Shown: positions 1 to 9,161 of the stretch, one piece after another
Numbering within the stretch: position 1 is the first letter of the stretch
Layout of the letters: each line of letters starts with the position of its first letter
Origin: Candidatus Altiarchaeales archaeon
GTDB lineage: Archaea > Altiarchaeota > Altiarchaeia > IMC4 > QMZM01
Length of the DNA stretch: 59,420 nucleotides
Assembly: GCA_023252215.1 (NCBI GenBank)
Contig: JAHEXG010000004.1
Span: forward strand, 1 to 59,420
Direction: 5' to 3'
Program-made: the position numbers and the translations under genes
Notes under the pieces: model-generated
What the model was told of the DNA's origin: nothing
Databases searched by the model: none
What the model saw: only the letters and a program-made list of their open reading frames with translations

Positions 1-269
1 TCCCGCGCGTATCCGACGTGTACGACGGGTCTTGTAAGCTCTACGTGGCCGAAGTGTCCCTGGCATTCTCCCAGGCGTCCGCCGCAGGTCTTGCACCGGA
101 TCCCGGGGTCTATGACTCCGAGACGGGGGTCCATGAGTCCGCCTTCGATCGGGTATCCGTCGTCGTCATAGGTGTTGGGCGTGTGTATTTTAACGGCTGA
201 CAGCTTCTTTATCATCTTCGGCGAGAACAAGCCGAATTCTATTTGGTCGATCTGTTTTCTGACTATCAT
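1..269 (-). CDS. rpoA1: DNA-directed RNA polymerase subunit A' (N-terminal part, truncated by window edge)
   Basis: Manual translation, not in the ORF track: [24 protein letters not shown]...[44 protein letters not shown]. Contains the CxxC..CxGHFGH Zn motif and follows rpoB. Confidence 0.96.
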   Translation of the reverse strand, partial: MIVRKQIDQIEFGLFSPKMIKKLSAVKIHTPNTYDDDGYPIEGGLMDPRLGVIDPGIRCKTCGGRLGECQGHFGHVELTRPVVHVGYAR

Positions 270-321
270 TTTGGAGTAGAGTTTAGTTTTTTTATATTTT
301 ATTTACGTGAATCCTTCGGGT

Positions 322-3300
322 TCACGCTTTGTCCCTTAGTCGTAGTTTCGGGTATATGCACATTCCCATCAGCTCGTTTAGGAGCAGTTTGAATGCGTAG
401 GCCATCTCGATGTTGTTCGTGGCTACGTCTCCGCATATCGGGCAGTATATGGTTCCTTTCTCGAAGTCTTTTACTGCCACTAGTCCGCATTTGGCGCATA
501 TTGGAACGACTATTTTGTCTGATTCGTCCAGCAGCCGGTCTTTTAGCATCATGCATGCTCCGTGGGCGATCAGGCAGTCTCTTTCCATTTCTCCGAATCT
601 GAGTCCTCCTTCTCTTGCGCGTCCTTCTGTGGGCTGCCTTGTCAGCATCTGCACTGGTCCGCGGCTTCTTGCGTGTATCTTGTTTACGACCATGTGGTGC
701 AGTTTTTGGTAGTAGATTACTCCTGCGAATATCTCTACTTCGAATTTCTGGCCGGTTACTCCGTTGTACATGACCTCTTTTCCTGTTGCTTTGAAGCCGT
801 TCTTGGTCAGTTCTTTTCTCATGGATTCTTCGGTGTCCGACTCGAAGGCCGTTGCGTTTGCGAGCCTGCCGTTCATGGATGCGACCTTTCCGCCTATCAT
901 CTCTAACAGGTGTCCTACGGTCATCCTGGAGGGTATCGCGTGCGGGTTGATTATCAGGTCTGGGACTATCCCGTCTTTTGTGAAGGGCATGTCTTCCTGG
1001 CGTACTAGCATTCCTACTACTCCTTTTTGTCCGTGCCTGGATGCGAATTTGTCTCCGAGTTCGGGTATCCTCTGGCTTCTAACCCGGACTTTGACGAGTT
1101 TGTTCTTCTCCAGCGTTTCGGTCAGGACTACGCGGTCGACTACTCCTGATTCCATGTGCCTGACTGTGGTGGAGTTCTCTCTTCTCTTTTCTTCCACTAT
1201 TCCGTAGGGCCCTATTTCTTCAAGGAACCTTGGAGGCGAGGTCTTTCCGACCAGTACTTCGTCTGTGTCGACGACCGTGTCAGGGAATATTATCCCGTCT
1301 GCGTCGAGTTTTCCATAGGTCTCAGGAGACTGATTTCCTTCCACGTTCTCGCTTGGTATCTCGAATATGTCGTGTTGTCCGCTGGGGTATCCTCTCTCTT
1401 CCGTCGTGTAGGTTCTGAAGAAGGTGGAACGCCCAAGGCCTCTTTCCAGTGAGCTTTTGTTCAGGATGACGGCGTCTTCCATATTGTATCCTTCGTAGCA
1501 CATGATGGCTACGACGAAGTTCTGCCCTGCGGGTCTTCTGGAATAGTTTATGGCGTCTGTTATGTTGGTTCTGACCAACGGCGCCTGGGGGTAGTGTAGG
1601 ACGTTTGCTCTGCTGTCGAATCTCATGTAGTAGTTTGCAGCATACAGTCCCAGTGACTGCTTGGCCATGGCCGACGCCATTGTGACCCTTGGCGCGGAGT
1701 TGAATTCCGGGAAAGGCGCAAAGCTCGCCGAAATTCCGAGTATTAGCGAGGCTGAAACTTCCATATGGGTTTGGCCTGCAGTGAGCCGGTCTTCTTTTAC
1801 TGCGATGTAGGCGTTTTCCTCTTCTTCGGCGTCTATGTATTCCACAAGGCCCCGGTTAACGTAGTCCATCCACTTGGCTTTTCCTTCCTGCAAGTCTTTT
1901 ATGTGGGCTTCAGTCAGCAGTGGTTTTTTGTTCTCCACTATGATCAGCGGCCTTAGAACGCGTCCTTTGTCTGCGTATATCTGTATTTCGTTGTTTTCTT
2001 CGCGGTAGGATATGGAAACAGTGTAGTCTATTTTGCCCTCTCTTCTCAGGCCGCGCAGCCTTCTTACCAGGGCTTCCGGATCGGTTTTTCTCTTGCCCAC
2101 GAGTCTTCCGTTAAGGTATATCTCCGTTCCCTTTGAGTCCTTGGTGTCTTCGCGTATGCCGAAGCTGTGCAGGTATTCTGCGATAGGCGCTTCCGCTATT
2201 TCCGTTGATATCTGGGAGCCTACTGCGAGGTTCTTCACCAGTCCACAGTTCTGCCCCTCCGGGGTTTCACTGGGACATACCCGGCCCCACTGTGTTGCGT
2301 GGAGGTCTCTTGCCTCGAAGTGGGGGTGGCTTCTGCTTAATAGCGATGATACTCGTCTCCTGTGCGCAAGGGAGCTTACATAGTTGGTCCTGTCCAGTAC
2401 CTGGGAAACTCCGGCTCTTCCGCCAGTCCAGTTTCCTGTCGCTAGGGCGTAGCATATGCTCTCGGTGAGGTTGTTGCTTCTAACGGCCGTTCGCACGTTT
2501 ACCTGCCGGTGTCTTGCGTTCTGTTTTTCAAGCTGGTATTTTATGTCTCTTGCTATCTTGTTGAAGCTGACCCTGAACAGTTCCTGCATCAGGTCTCCTG
2601 CGAGCCTAAGCCGCTTGTTGGAGTAGTGGTCTTTATCGTCCGACTCACGTTTACCGCTTGCAAGCTCGAGCACCTTACGGGCCATTATGCCCAGATATAT
2701 CGCCTTAGCTTTCCTGTCGGCTTCGGTGTTGCCTATATGCGGCAACAGGAAGTTATTTATGACCTGATTAGCCCGAGTAGCCTGATACTGCTTCGCATGG
2801 CCCGCACCAGCCCTCTTGCCCAGCTGCTCGAATGCATCCTTCTGGTCGGTCTCCTTGAGTTCAAGGTTCATCAAGACCTCCAACTTGGACTGCTCATCGT
2901 CGAACATGTTCAATATGTCCTCGTCCGACAGGCCGAGCGCCTTCATCAAAGTAGTAAGAGATATCCTGTTAGGTATTCCCGGGAACGTCACAAACAATGT
3001 GCCTGAGCTTCCATCGTCCCTTCTTTCAACCGTCACACGGGACCTGAAACCCTGGCGCACCGAAAATACTTTAGAAATAATAACGTCTTTTCCAGCAACT
3101 TCGTCGATGTTCGTTATAATCCGATTAGGCGAAAGGTCTTCGACGATGATAAGAGACCGCTCAGTTCCGTTGATTATGAAATATCCGCCCAAATCCAGGG
3201 GATCTTCCCCATGGGCTATCATCTCTTCCTCGCTCATGCCGGATAGAGTGCATTTCTTTGAGCCGAGCATAACAGGCATATGCCCTATCTCCACTTCCAC

Positions 3301-3585
3301 TGGAACGCCATTCTCTATAAATTCCAGCAGAATAGGCGCAGAATAAGTCAGATTACGCAGCCGGCATTCGAACGGAAACCTGCTCTCAGGCCCCTGGCCC
3401 GATTCATTGACCACTGGAATGCCTACTTGTATCTTCCCGAAATCAAGAGAATAGCCTTCGATATCTATCTCCAAAGGCTCCCTCTCATCGATCACTGCCT
3501 GCAGTCCCCCGTCAATCAGCCAATTAAAAGAATCCAGCTGGAATTTTATAAAGTCCTTATTGCCTATGAAATCTTTTACATTCAT
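322..3585 (-). CDS. rpoB: DNA-directed RNA polymerase subunit B (single unsplit polypeptide)
   Basis: GGYFIINGTER, PSETPEGQNCGLVKNL, GDKFASRHGQKG, GGLRFGEMERDC and a C-terminal Zn ribbon. Start taken at MNVKDF (ORF is open to 3615). Confidence 0.98.
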   Translation of the reverse strand: MNVKDFIGNKDFIKFQLDSFNWLIDGGLQAVIDEREPLEIDIEGYSLDFGKIQVGIPVVNESGQGPESRFPFECRLRNLTYSAPILLEFIENGVPVEVEIGHMPVMLGSKKCTLSGMSEEEMIAHGEDPLDLGGYFIINGTERSLIIVEDLSPNRIITNIDEVAGKDVIISKVFSVRQGFRSRVTVERRDDGSSGTLFVTFPGIPNRISLTTLMKALGLSDEDILNMFDDEQSKLEVLMNLELKETDQKDAFEQLGKRAGAGHAKQYQATRANQVINNFLLPHIGNTEADRKAKAIYLGIMARKVLELASGKRESDDKDHYSNKRLRLAGDLMQELFRVSFNKIARDIKYQLEKQNARHRQVNVRTAVRSNNLTESICYALATGNWTGGRAGVSQVLDRTNYVSSLAHRRRVSSLLSRSHPHFEARDLHATQWGRVCPSETPEGQNCGLVKNLAVGSQISTEIAEAPIAEYLHSFGIREDTKDSKGTEIYLNGRLVGKRKTDPEALVRRLRGLRREGKIDYTVSISYREENNEIQIYADKGRVLRPLIIVENKKPLLTEAHIKDLQEGKAKWMDYVNRGLVEYIDAEEEENAYIAVKEDRLTAGQTHMEVSASLILGISASFAPFPEFNSAPRVTMASAMAKQSLGLYAANYYMRFDSRANVLHYPQAPLVRTNITDAINYSRRPAGQNFVVAIMCYEGYNMEDAVILNKSSLERGLGRSTFFRTYTTEERGYPSGQHDIFEIPSENVEGNQSPETYGKLDADGIIFPDTVVDTDEVLVGKTSPPRFLEEIGPYGIVEEKRRENSTTVRHMESGVVDRVVLTETLEKNKLVKVRVRSQRIPELGDKFASRHGQKGVVGMLVRQEDMPFTKDGIVPDLIINPHAIPSRMTVGHLLEMIGGKVASMNGRLANATAFESDTEESMRKELTKNGFKATGKEVMYNGVTGQKFEVEIFAGVIYYQKLHHMVVNKIHARSRGPVQMLTRQPTEGRAREGGLRFGEMERDCLIAHGACMMLKDRLLDESDKIVVPICAKCGLVAVKDFEKGTIYCPICGDVATNNIEMAYAFKLLLNELMGMCIYPKLRLRDKA

Positions 3586-3627
3586 CTTCTCGCTCACAAA
3601 ACGAACATGAAACAAACACTAAAACGA

Positions 3628-3846
3628 TCAATCAACTACTACGCGGTAATACACCGCATGGCCGGCAGTCGAGCTATTCCGGGTTATCTTAATGATAGAG
3701 CCCACGTTAAAGACCAGTTCCTCAAGCGCAGCATCTTCCTTCTTTATACGGGGCAACTCATCCTCGGAAACCCTGTATTTTTCCAAAATCTGCTTTGCTT
3801 CTTCCTCGCTCAGAACCTCGTGTTTTGCAAAAACTGTTTTATCCAA
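3628..3846 (-). CDS. rpoH: RNA polymerase subunit H (Rpo5)
   Basis: KHEVLSEEE..LPRIKKED..GSIIKITRNSSTAG..YYRVVV; canonical rpoH-rpoB-rpoA' order; TTG start. Confidence 0.95.
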   Translation of the reverse strand: MDKTVFAKHEVLSEEEAKQILEKYRVSEDELPRIKKEDAALEELVFNVGSIIKITRNSSTAGHAVYYRVVVD

Positions 3847-3941
3847 ATTGAAAACCTCAGAAAAAGTGTATATTTTAAGTGAGTAATAATTTGAGAAATG
3901 GTATATAAAAATAAGAACAAGTACCTACTATATATAGGCAC

Positions 3942-4850
3942 TTACTTGTATACCGCCCTTATTATGTCGCTTATGGTCAAAATACCTACCAAGCAGCCCT
4001 TTTCCACTACCGGAAAACCGCCGATGCCTGTCTCCTTGACCAGTTTCACCACATCAGACAGATCCTGATCCTCTTTAAGGGTTAACACGTCCCGGCTCAT
4101 GATCTCGTCCACGTGCTCGCTCAAAGCCTCTTCCGCATCAGTGTGCCGGAACTCGCCGTAGCCGAGGAATTCGAGAACGTCAAAGACCGTAACGACTCCT
4201 GCAAGCTTTCCCTCCTGGATGACCGGAAGCCTGCGATAACCGTTACGTACCATGATCTTCGCAACATCGGATAACATCATCCCGGGCGTGGATATGATAG
4301 GATTAGTCTTCATGACCTCTTCGACCGTTATCCCGAAGCTCTCGGCCTGGGGCAATACGTCAAGCTCGGTTATGATGGCAGACACTTTCCTATCCTTTTT
4401 GTTCTCCACGATAGGGATAGCAGACGTATGCTTCGTCATCATGATGTTTATGGCCTCGTCTATGGACGCGCTCTCCTCAAGGAAGCTCGCCTCCCTCATG
4501 ATCTTCTCGATAGGACAGTTGGCGGCAGCGGAAAGATTCCCCTTGTAATCCTTCACTATAATATTATACTTAAGCCCGCCCCCCATGTAATCCATGATGT
4601 CCATGGCAGTCGCAAGACCCAGAAGCCTTTTAGTGCCGGCATCAGTGACCGGCAGCCTGCGCACGTCATTGTCCTTCATCAGCTTCGCAACGTTCTTCAC
4701 GCTGTTCAAAGGATGAGTCGAAATCACATTCTTCTCGGCAACAGACATGACATTGCCCTCCTTCTTCCTCACAAAGGTCGTCTTACGCTTAATTCCGCCC
4801 CTCTTGCGGGGATCTCCGATCCGATACTTCTTAAAATTTGTTCCAGGCAT
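3942..4850 (-). CDS. CBS-domain protein (4 CBS repeats)
   Basis: Repeated CBS motifs VRRLPV, AIPIV, YRRLPV, GGFPVV..GILTISDII. Confidence 0.88.
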   Translation of the reverse strand: MPGTNFKKYRIGDPRKRGGIKRKTTFVRKKEGNVMSVAEKNVISTHPLNSVKNVAKLMKDNDVRRLPVTDAGTKRLLGLATAMDIMDYMGGGLKYNIIVKDYKGNLSAAANCPIEKIMREASFLEESASIDEAINIMMTKHTSAIPIVENKKDRKVSAIITELDVLPQAESFGITVEEVMKTNPIISTPGMMLSDVAKIMVRNGYRRLPVIQEGKLAGVVTVFDVLEFLGYGEFRHTDAEEALSEHVDEIMSRDVLTLKEDQDLSDVVKLVKETGIGGFPVVEKGCLVGILTISDIIRAVYK

Positions 4851-4955
4851 TTTAGGTAACCACCGAATAGAATATTGATAGAGAAAATACTTAGGAAAGA
4901 AGATTAATAAGATGGGAACGAGAGGATAACAACATAACGGTCTCTAACCTTAAGT

Positions 4956-7730
4956 TCACAGACTTGAGGTCTCTGTTGTCGTAGTTGTTGGGGTGGAAGT
5001 GGTAGTTGTTGGTTCTATAGTCGTCGTAGTTGTTGATTCTGTTGTGGTGGTTGATGTCGTGGTTGTTGTAGTTGTGGAAGTGCTTGTCGTTGTAGATGAT
5101 GTGCTTGTGGAAGTAGAGGTGGTTGTTGTCGATGTCGTGCTCGTTGATGTTGTAGTAGTGGTCGTGGTAGAAGAGGTGGTCGTAGTAAGCATAGTAGACG
5201 TACTACCAATTGTATACGATAACGTCACCGAATCCGCACAACAATGACTTGACCTGTCTGCTAAAGCCGAACATGTAGCAACATAGGATCCTGCATACAT
5301 AGCTGGACAATGAAACACTGCATAATTACCAGACCAGTATCCCCAAGTACAATTAATATCTCCATTCTCATACGCCATTATGCAATCAGGAGCTGGAGTG
5401 GCAGGACATTTAATATCAAAAGAATAACCCGCACTAGGGTTAGAAGGCGATAATACAGGCAACCCAACACCTGAATTCAAACACCCTAACGTGGTTGAAG
5501 CACTAATGGTTGATGTAGTTGTGGTTATGGTTGATAACGATACTGACGATGTGGTCGTATTTATGCTGGTTGCATAGTATCTGAAAGATACTCTGGCTTC
5601 CCCTGTATATTCATAATAGTCTATTCTTATCTTGTGATACCCCCCAGTCATAAATGCGGACGAACTGGATTCATGGTAAGCAGCGACCGACCAACTATCT
5701 ATCTTCAGGATGTCATCTACCCACAACCTCACGCCATCATCGGCCCCTACAGTAAACAGGTAGGTTCCTTCAGTGAAGTTCACCGACCTCCCGGACCGGA
5801 ACCCTATATTATCAGCCCATATACCGCCAACGGAACCAGTACCCCAATTATCATCAAATTGAATAGACTCCTGATCAGGCGTATCCGCTAGCTTCTGTGT
5901 AAAATCCTTGTCGCACCAGACACGGTTCCATTTGGTTGTTGGATATGAAGGTGCTGTTGGGCATTCAGAGGCTGCGTTTGGGTCTTCAGAGATTAGGGTC
6001 ATCGCACCTATTGTAGAGCCATCAGCAAAGGCTATGGTCACATTGAATCCCTGCCCTTTGTTGAAATCTGTTGCGTCTGACGCATACAATTCAAAGGCAG
6101 TATTTCCAGTTATTGTCTTAGAGATTGACTTACTACTCGGGTTAAGTCTGCTTCCGGCTGGCTGCTCAACTCCAAGAACCCAAGCCACGCTGGTAGGGTA
6201 GGTGTCCCATAATCGTCCTCCTGCTTTATTTCCGGATGAATCAACAGAAAACAAAGAAATACCGTTTACAGTTTTTGTGCCTGAAGTTTTTATTGAGAGG
6301 GTGAAATGTCCATCCAGAGCCCCGTCAGGCCCAAATACAGAGGAACTTGGACTTACTTTATCATTGGAAAGACCGACCCATGTGAGAACCGCCGTTGCCT
6401 TAAGGGGCAGTGTTTTAGAAGTTGTCGTTGTGGTCGAAGTCGTTGTGGTGGTTGTTGACCTTGTTGAAGATGTTATTAATGAGGTGATTGCGTTTATATT
6501 CTGCGTGGTTGTCTCCTGGGCTATTGTTGATGTTGTTCTGATTGGGTGCCTTGAAGGAGTTGTGCTTTTTACCTCTGTGCTTTTGTTTTCATCATAGTTG
6601 CCTGTGTCATCAATCTTAGCATAAGTATGGCTTTCAACGAATTTCCACTGGCAATCTTCTTTAATGAGATGTATTGTGGTTCGCTTGGTTTCCTGAAAAC
6701 CTTGTAGAAAAACCTCCATCTGATATTTTAGTGTTACTGTCGCTGTATCTCCAGTAATCATCTCATTTTCTACATCCATGTAGTGATAGGCCATTCCAGC
6801 ATGAAGTAGAAGAGCGTTTTTATCATTATTCTGCCTGTCAAGCCAATAGTCGTAATCGCTGGGCCTATTTGTGGCGGATATTAGGCCATACATTTTTTTA
6901 TAGTCTGGCCCCCCTAATATGTGGTTTCCAATTAATTCCTCGAAATACGTTTTGACTACTGTCGATGGGGATTCCTCCGGCACACAGATGACGCTTACAG
7001 TAGGTGAATCAGTTACTTGGTTGGGATTCTTGATTGTATTCAGTAAAACACTAAATACCACCAATCCTAGAAAAACAATTGCCAATAATATTGTTGTTCT
7101 TGGTTTTTCTCTATCTCCAGAATTCAAAACTTTGGAATTACCCCCAACGTCTCCTGCATTTAGATCATATAGAGCATTACGCTTCTTAGCTAACCTGTAA
7201 CAATCATAGACTGGAAAAAATAAAAACAACAACCACAGAGGATAAAAAGGACTTTTTGACCCGGGTACTCCGGGCGAGGTTATCGAGGTTAAAGCCATAG
7301 CTGAGAAGACGATAGTAAGAAATACAACGGCTCTTTTCCATTCGCGAAGATACATGTAACCAAGTCCAAAAGGGATAAACGCTAAGATGACGGCTAAAAA
7401 AACATTTTTGCGTTTAATATTTTGAAGGGGAGTTTCCCCATCATCTGTTAGTTTCTTTGTTTCATTTGCTACTACAGTTTCATCCTTTGTTTCTTCATAG
7501 ACTTCTTTTTTTACACTTGACTCATTGTTGATCAGAGACGTAGTTAACGATTTCTTTTCGTTTTTAGAGGCTGCGCAATTGTTGCATGCCTTAAGTTTGG
7601 CATCATAGCATTGTGAACAGAGGGGTTTGCTGCGGCATTTTGGGCACATAAAAACAGGATCATTCCTGGGAATGCTTATTCCTTTACCGCAAAGTTTGCA
7701 GTATAATGCAGACTCAGGCTTAGGTGCCAT
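4956..7730 (-). CDS. Large modular membrane/surface protein: N-terminal 8-Cys Zn finger, TM2-like segments, NTF2-like domain, PA14 domain, Thr/Ser-rich linkers and tail
   Basis: CKLC/CPKC/CSQC/CNNC; AFIPFGLGYMYL TM2-like motif; GADDGVRLWVDD...GGYHKIRIDYYEYTG PA14 signature; long Thr runs. Start MAPKPES inferred from the paralog at 8562 (ORF is open to 7787). Confidence 0.78.
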   Translation of the reverse strand: MAPKPESALYCKLCGKGISIPRNDPVFMCPKCRSKPLCSQCYDAKLKACNNCAASKNEKKSLTTSLINNESSVKKEVYEETKDETVVANETKKLTDDGETPLQNIKRKNVFLAVILAFIPFGLGYMYLREWKRAVVFLTIVFSAMALTSITSPGVPGSKSPFYPLWLLFLFFPVYDCYRLAKKRNALYDLNAGDVGGNSKVLNSGDREKPRTTILLAIVFLGLVVFSVLLNTIKNPNQVTDSPTVSVICVPEESPSTVVKTYFEELIGNHILGGPDYKKMYGLISATNRPSDYDYWLDRQNNDKNALLLHAGMAYHYMDVENEMITGDTATVTLKYQMEVFLQGFQETKRTTIHLIKEDCQWKFVESHTYAKIDDTGNYDENKSTEVKSTTPSRHPIRTTSTIAQETTTQNINAITSLITSSTRSTTTTTTSTTTTTSKTLPLKATAVLTWVGLSNDKVSPSSSVFGPDGALDGHFTLSIKTSGTKTVNGISLFSVDSSGNKAGGRLWDTYPTSVAWVLGVEQPAGSRLNPSSKSISKTITGNTAFELYASDATDFNKGQGFNVTIAFADGSTIGAMTLISEDPNAASECPTAPSYPTTKWNRVWCDKDFTQKLADTPDQESIQFDDNWGTGSVGGIWADNIGFRSGRSVNFTEGTYLFTVGADDGVRLWVDDILKIDSWSVAAYHESSSSAFMTGGYHKIRIDYYEYTGEARVSFRYYATSINTTTSSVSLSTITTTTSTISASTTLGCLNSGVGLPVLSPSNPSAGYSFDIKCPATPAPDCIMAYENGDINCTWGYWSGNYAVFHCPAMYAGSYVATCSALADRSSHCCADSVTLSYTIGSTSTMLTTTTSSTTTTTTTSTSTTSTTTTSTSTSTSSTTTSTSTTTTTTTSTTTTESTTTTTIEPTTTTSTPTTTTTETSSL

Positions 7731-7799
7731 ATCGTTTAAACTATCAAATGAGGAGTTAAATAGAGGTAGGGATTGCTTAAAAGCCACACTGTCGTTTAT

Positions 7800-8042
7800 T
7801 TAAGGATAATCAACGCATGAACCAGCGTTCCAGGGAGTACAACGCATAACTCGCCCTATTGTCTTTATCCATCCCTTGAAAAAGCCGTATTTCTCGATTG
7901 CCATGATCCCGTATTTCGAACATGAAGGGTAGAATCTACATTTCCTCCCTCTTTCATTTAGCTTGGGTGAAATCTTTTTTTGATGTATCTCAACAATCAA
8001 ATAAATAGAAAACTTCGCTAAAAAGTTAGCCCCGTTTTTCAT
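7800..8042 (-). CDS. yidD: YidD-like membrane protein insertion efficiency factor (haemolytic domain)
   Basis: CRFYPSCSKYGIMAIEKYGFFKGW...RVMRCTPW..G..DYP is the YidD signature. Start MKNGAN overlaps the end of the upstream gene. Confidence 0.85.
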   Translation of the reverse strand: MKNGANFLAKFSIYLIVEIHQKKISPKLNERGRKCRFYPSCSKYGIMAIEKYGFFKGWIKTIGRVMRCTPWNAGSCVDYP

Positions 8043-8562
8043 GGTATACTGGTTGTTTTGTGACATCAGATGAATTACACTTTGGGCATCTGTCCAATTT
8101 TTTTATCTCCCGATTGAGGTCGTCAGCTTTGTTTGAGGCTAAAAGACTAAATGGGCTACAGCAGGTACTGCATCCAACACAGGAATTAAGAAATGATTGA
8201 GATGCAAGGGAGGTCTTATCTGATTCTAAATAATGCCATATGTGACCACATCGATGGCAAGTGCATCTTATTTCCTTTATCATACCTTTTGACTTGATTC
8301 TCGTCTCTCTAACAATATTCTTATATTGATTAGGATCGCTAATCTTCATTGGCCCGCATTGTTCCTGCTTATCTGGACGTTTGTCTATATCTTTGCCCGT
8401 CTGCGCACAGTTATCGCATAGCTTAGATTTTGTATCATAGCATTGCGAACAGAGGGGTTTGCTGCGGCATTTTAAGCACATATAGAAAGGATCCTCTGTG
8501 AGTATGTTGATTCCTTTACCGCAGATTTTGCAGTATACGATTGATTCGGGCTGAGGTGACAT
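8026..8562 (-). CDS. Cys-rich Zn-finger protein, N-terminus paralogous to 4956..7730
   Basis: CKIC/CLKC/CSQC/CDNC, then CHRC...CVGCSTCC...CPKC. Confidence 0.72.
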   Translation of the reverse strand: MSPQPESIVYCKICGKGINILTEDPFYMCLKCRSKPLCSQCYDTKSKLCDNCAQTGKDIDKRPDKQEQCGPMKISDPNQYKNIVRETRIKSKGMIKEIRCTCHRCGHIWHYLESDKTSLASQSFLNSCVGCSTCCSPFSLLASNKADDLNREIKKLDRCPKCNSSDVTKQPVYHEKRG

Positions 8563-8692
8563 ATAGTTCAATTATTAGGGTTAAATAAAAGTAAAGATTG
8601 CTTAAAAGGCGCAGTTTGTCAAGTATATGAAGCAGTCCGTTTTCCGCTTAAAGAACAGGATAATCGACCCCCACAACACCCACAGTCCGTAT

Positions 8693-8875
8693 TCACGTGT
8701 AGATCAGAACAAAGTGCTTCAGCATTCCTGCCAGTTCGTTTCTAAGGGGCTTCGATTGCTCCGGGTTTTCGAGTATGAATGCGATCTTCTTTTGTAGGGC
8801 GTTTTCCAGTTCCCTGTTCTTGGAACAGGCTTTCCGGATCTTTGCGGCTGCTTCTTTTGTGTATTTTAGATTCAT
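8693..8875 (-). pseudogene. RelE/ParE-superfamily toxin, apparently degenerate (internal deletion, C-terminal truncation)
   Basis: ENALQKKIAFILENPEQSKPLRNELAG-MLKHFVLIYT*. Lacks the usual RRVH segment and C-terminal strand. Overlaps the upstream antitoxin stop (ATGA). Confidence 0.65.
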
Positions 8876-9159
8876 TCTTTCCAGAAGTCAGTCCGCTTTG
8901 CAATCTTAAAGGGTCCTTTCCTTGCGTTCTCCAGTTTCTTGAGGTATTCTTCTTTGATGGGCAATTCATCCACCGGGTGCCAGTCCATCTCTTCGCAGAA
9001 TGCCCAGTCCTCGTCTGAGACCTTCTTTGTCTTCAGGTAGTTTTCGAATATCTCTTTCTTGCGGACTTCTTCTCTTGCCACTTCTGACCAGTTGACCCAG
9101 GAAAAACGCTTAATCCGCCCCTTGAGGGCGTCGTCAGTCGATAAGATAACGCTGGCCAT
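8872..9159 (-). CDS. Ribbon-helix-helix antitoxin-like protein
   Basis: MASVILSTDDALKGRIKRFSWVNWSEVAREEV (archaeal 'NWSEVAR' RHH type) with an acidic/charged C-terminus; directly upstream of the RelE-like gene. Confidence 0.7.
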   Translation of the reverse strand: MASVILSTDDALKGRIKRFSWVNWSEVAREEVRKKEIFENYLKTKKVSDEDWAFCEEMDWHPVDELPIKEEYLKKLENARKGPFKIAKRTDFWKE

Positions 9160-9161
9160 CT

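Larger units (their letters stand above)
7602..8608. repeat. Dispersed direct repeat (about 200 bp, two diverged copies: about 7572-7785 and about 8401-8610) covering the upstream region and Zn-finger coding start of two genes
   Basis: 39/40 identity between 7602-7641 and 8434-8473; GATTGCTTAAAAG shared at 7771-7783 and 8596-8608. Confidence 0.85.

Noticed and set aside
4960-5200. Low-complexity GTT/GTC/GTG repeats as a DNA repeat element; Val-rich + strand ORFs
   Set aside because: They encode the Thr-rich tail of the minus-strand surface protein.
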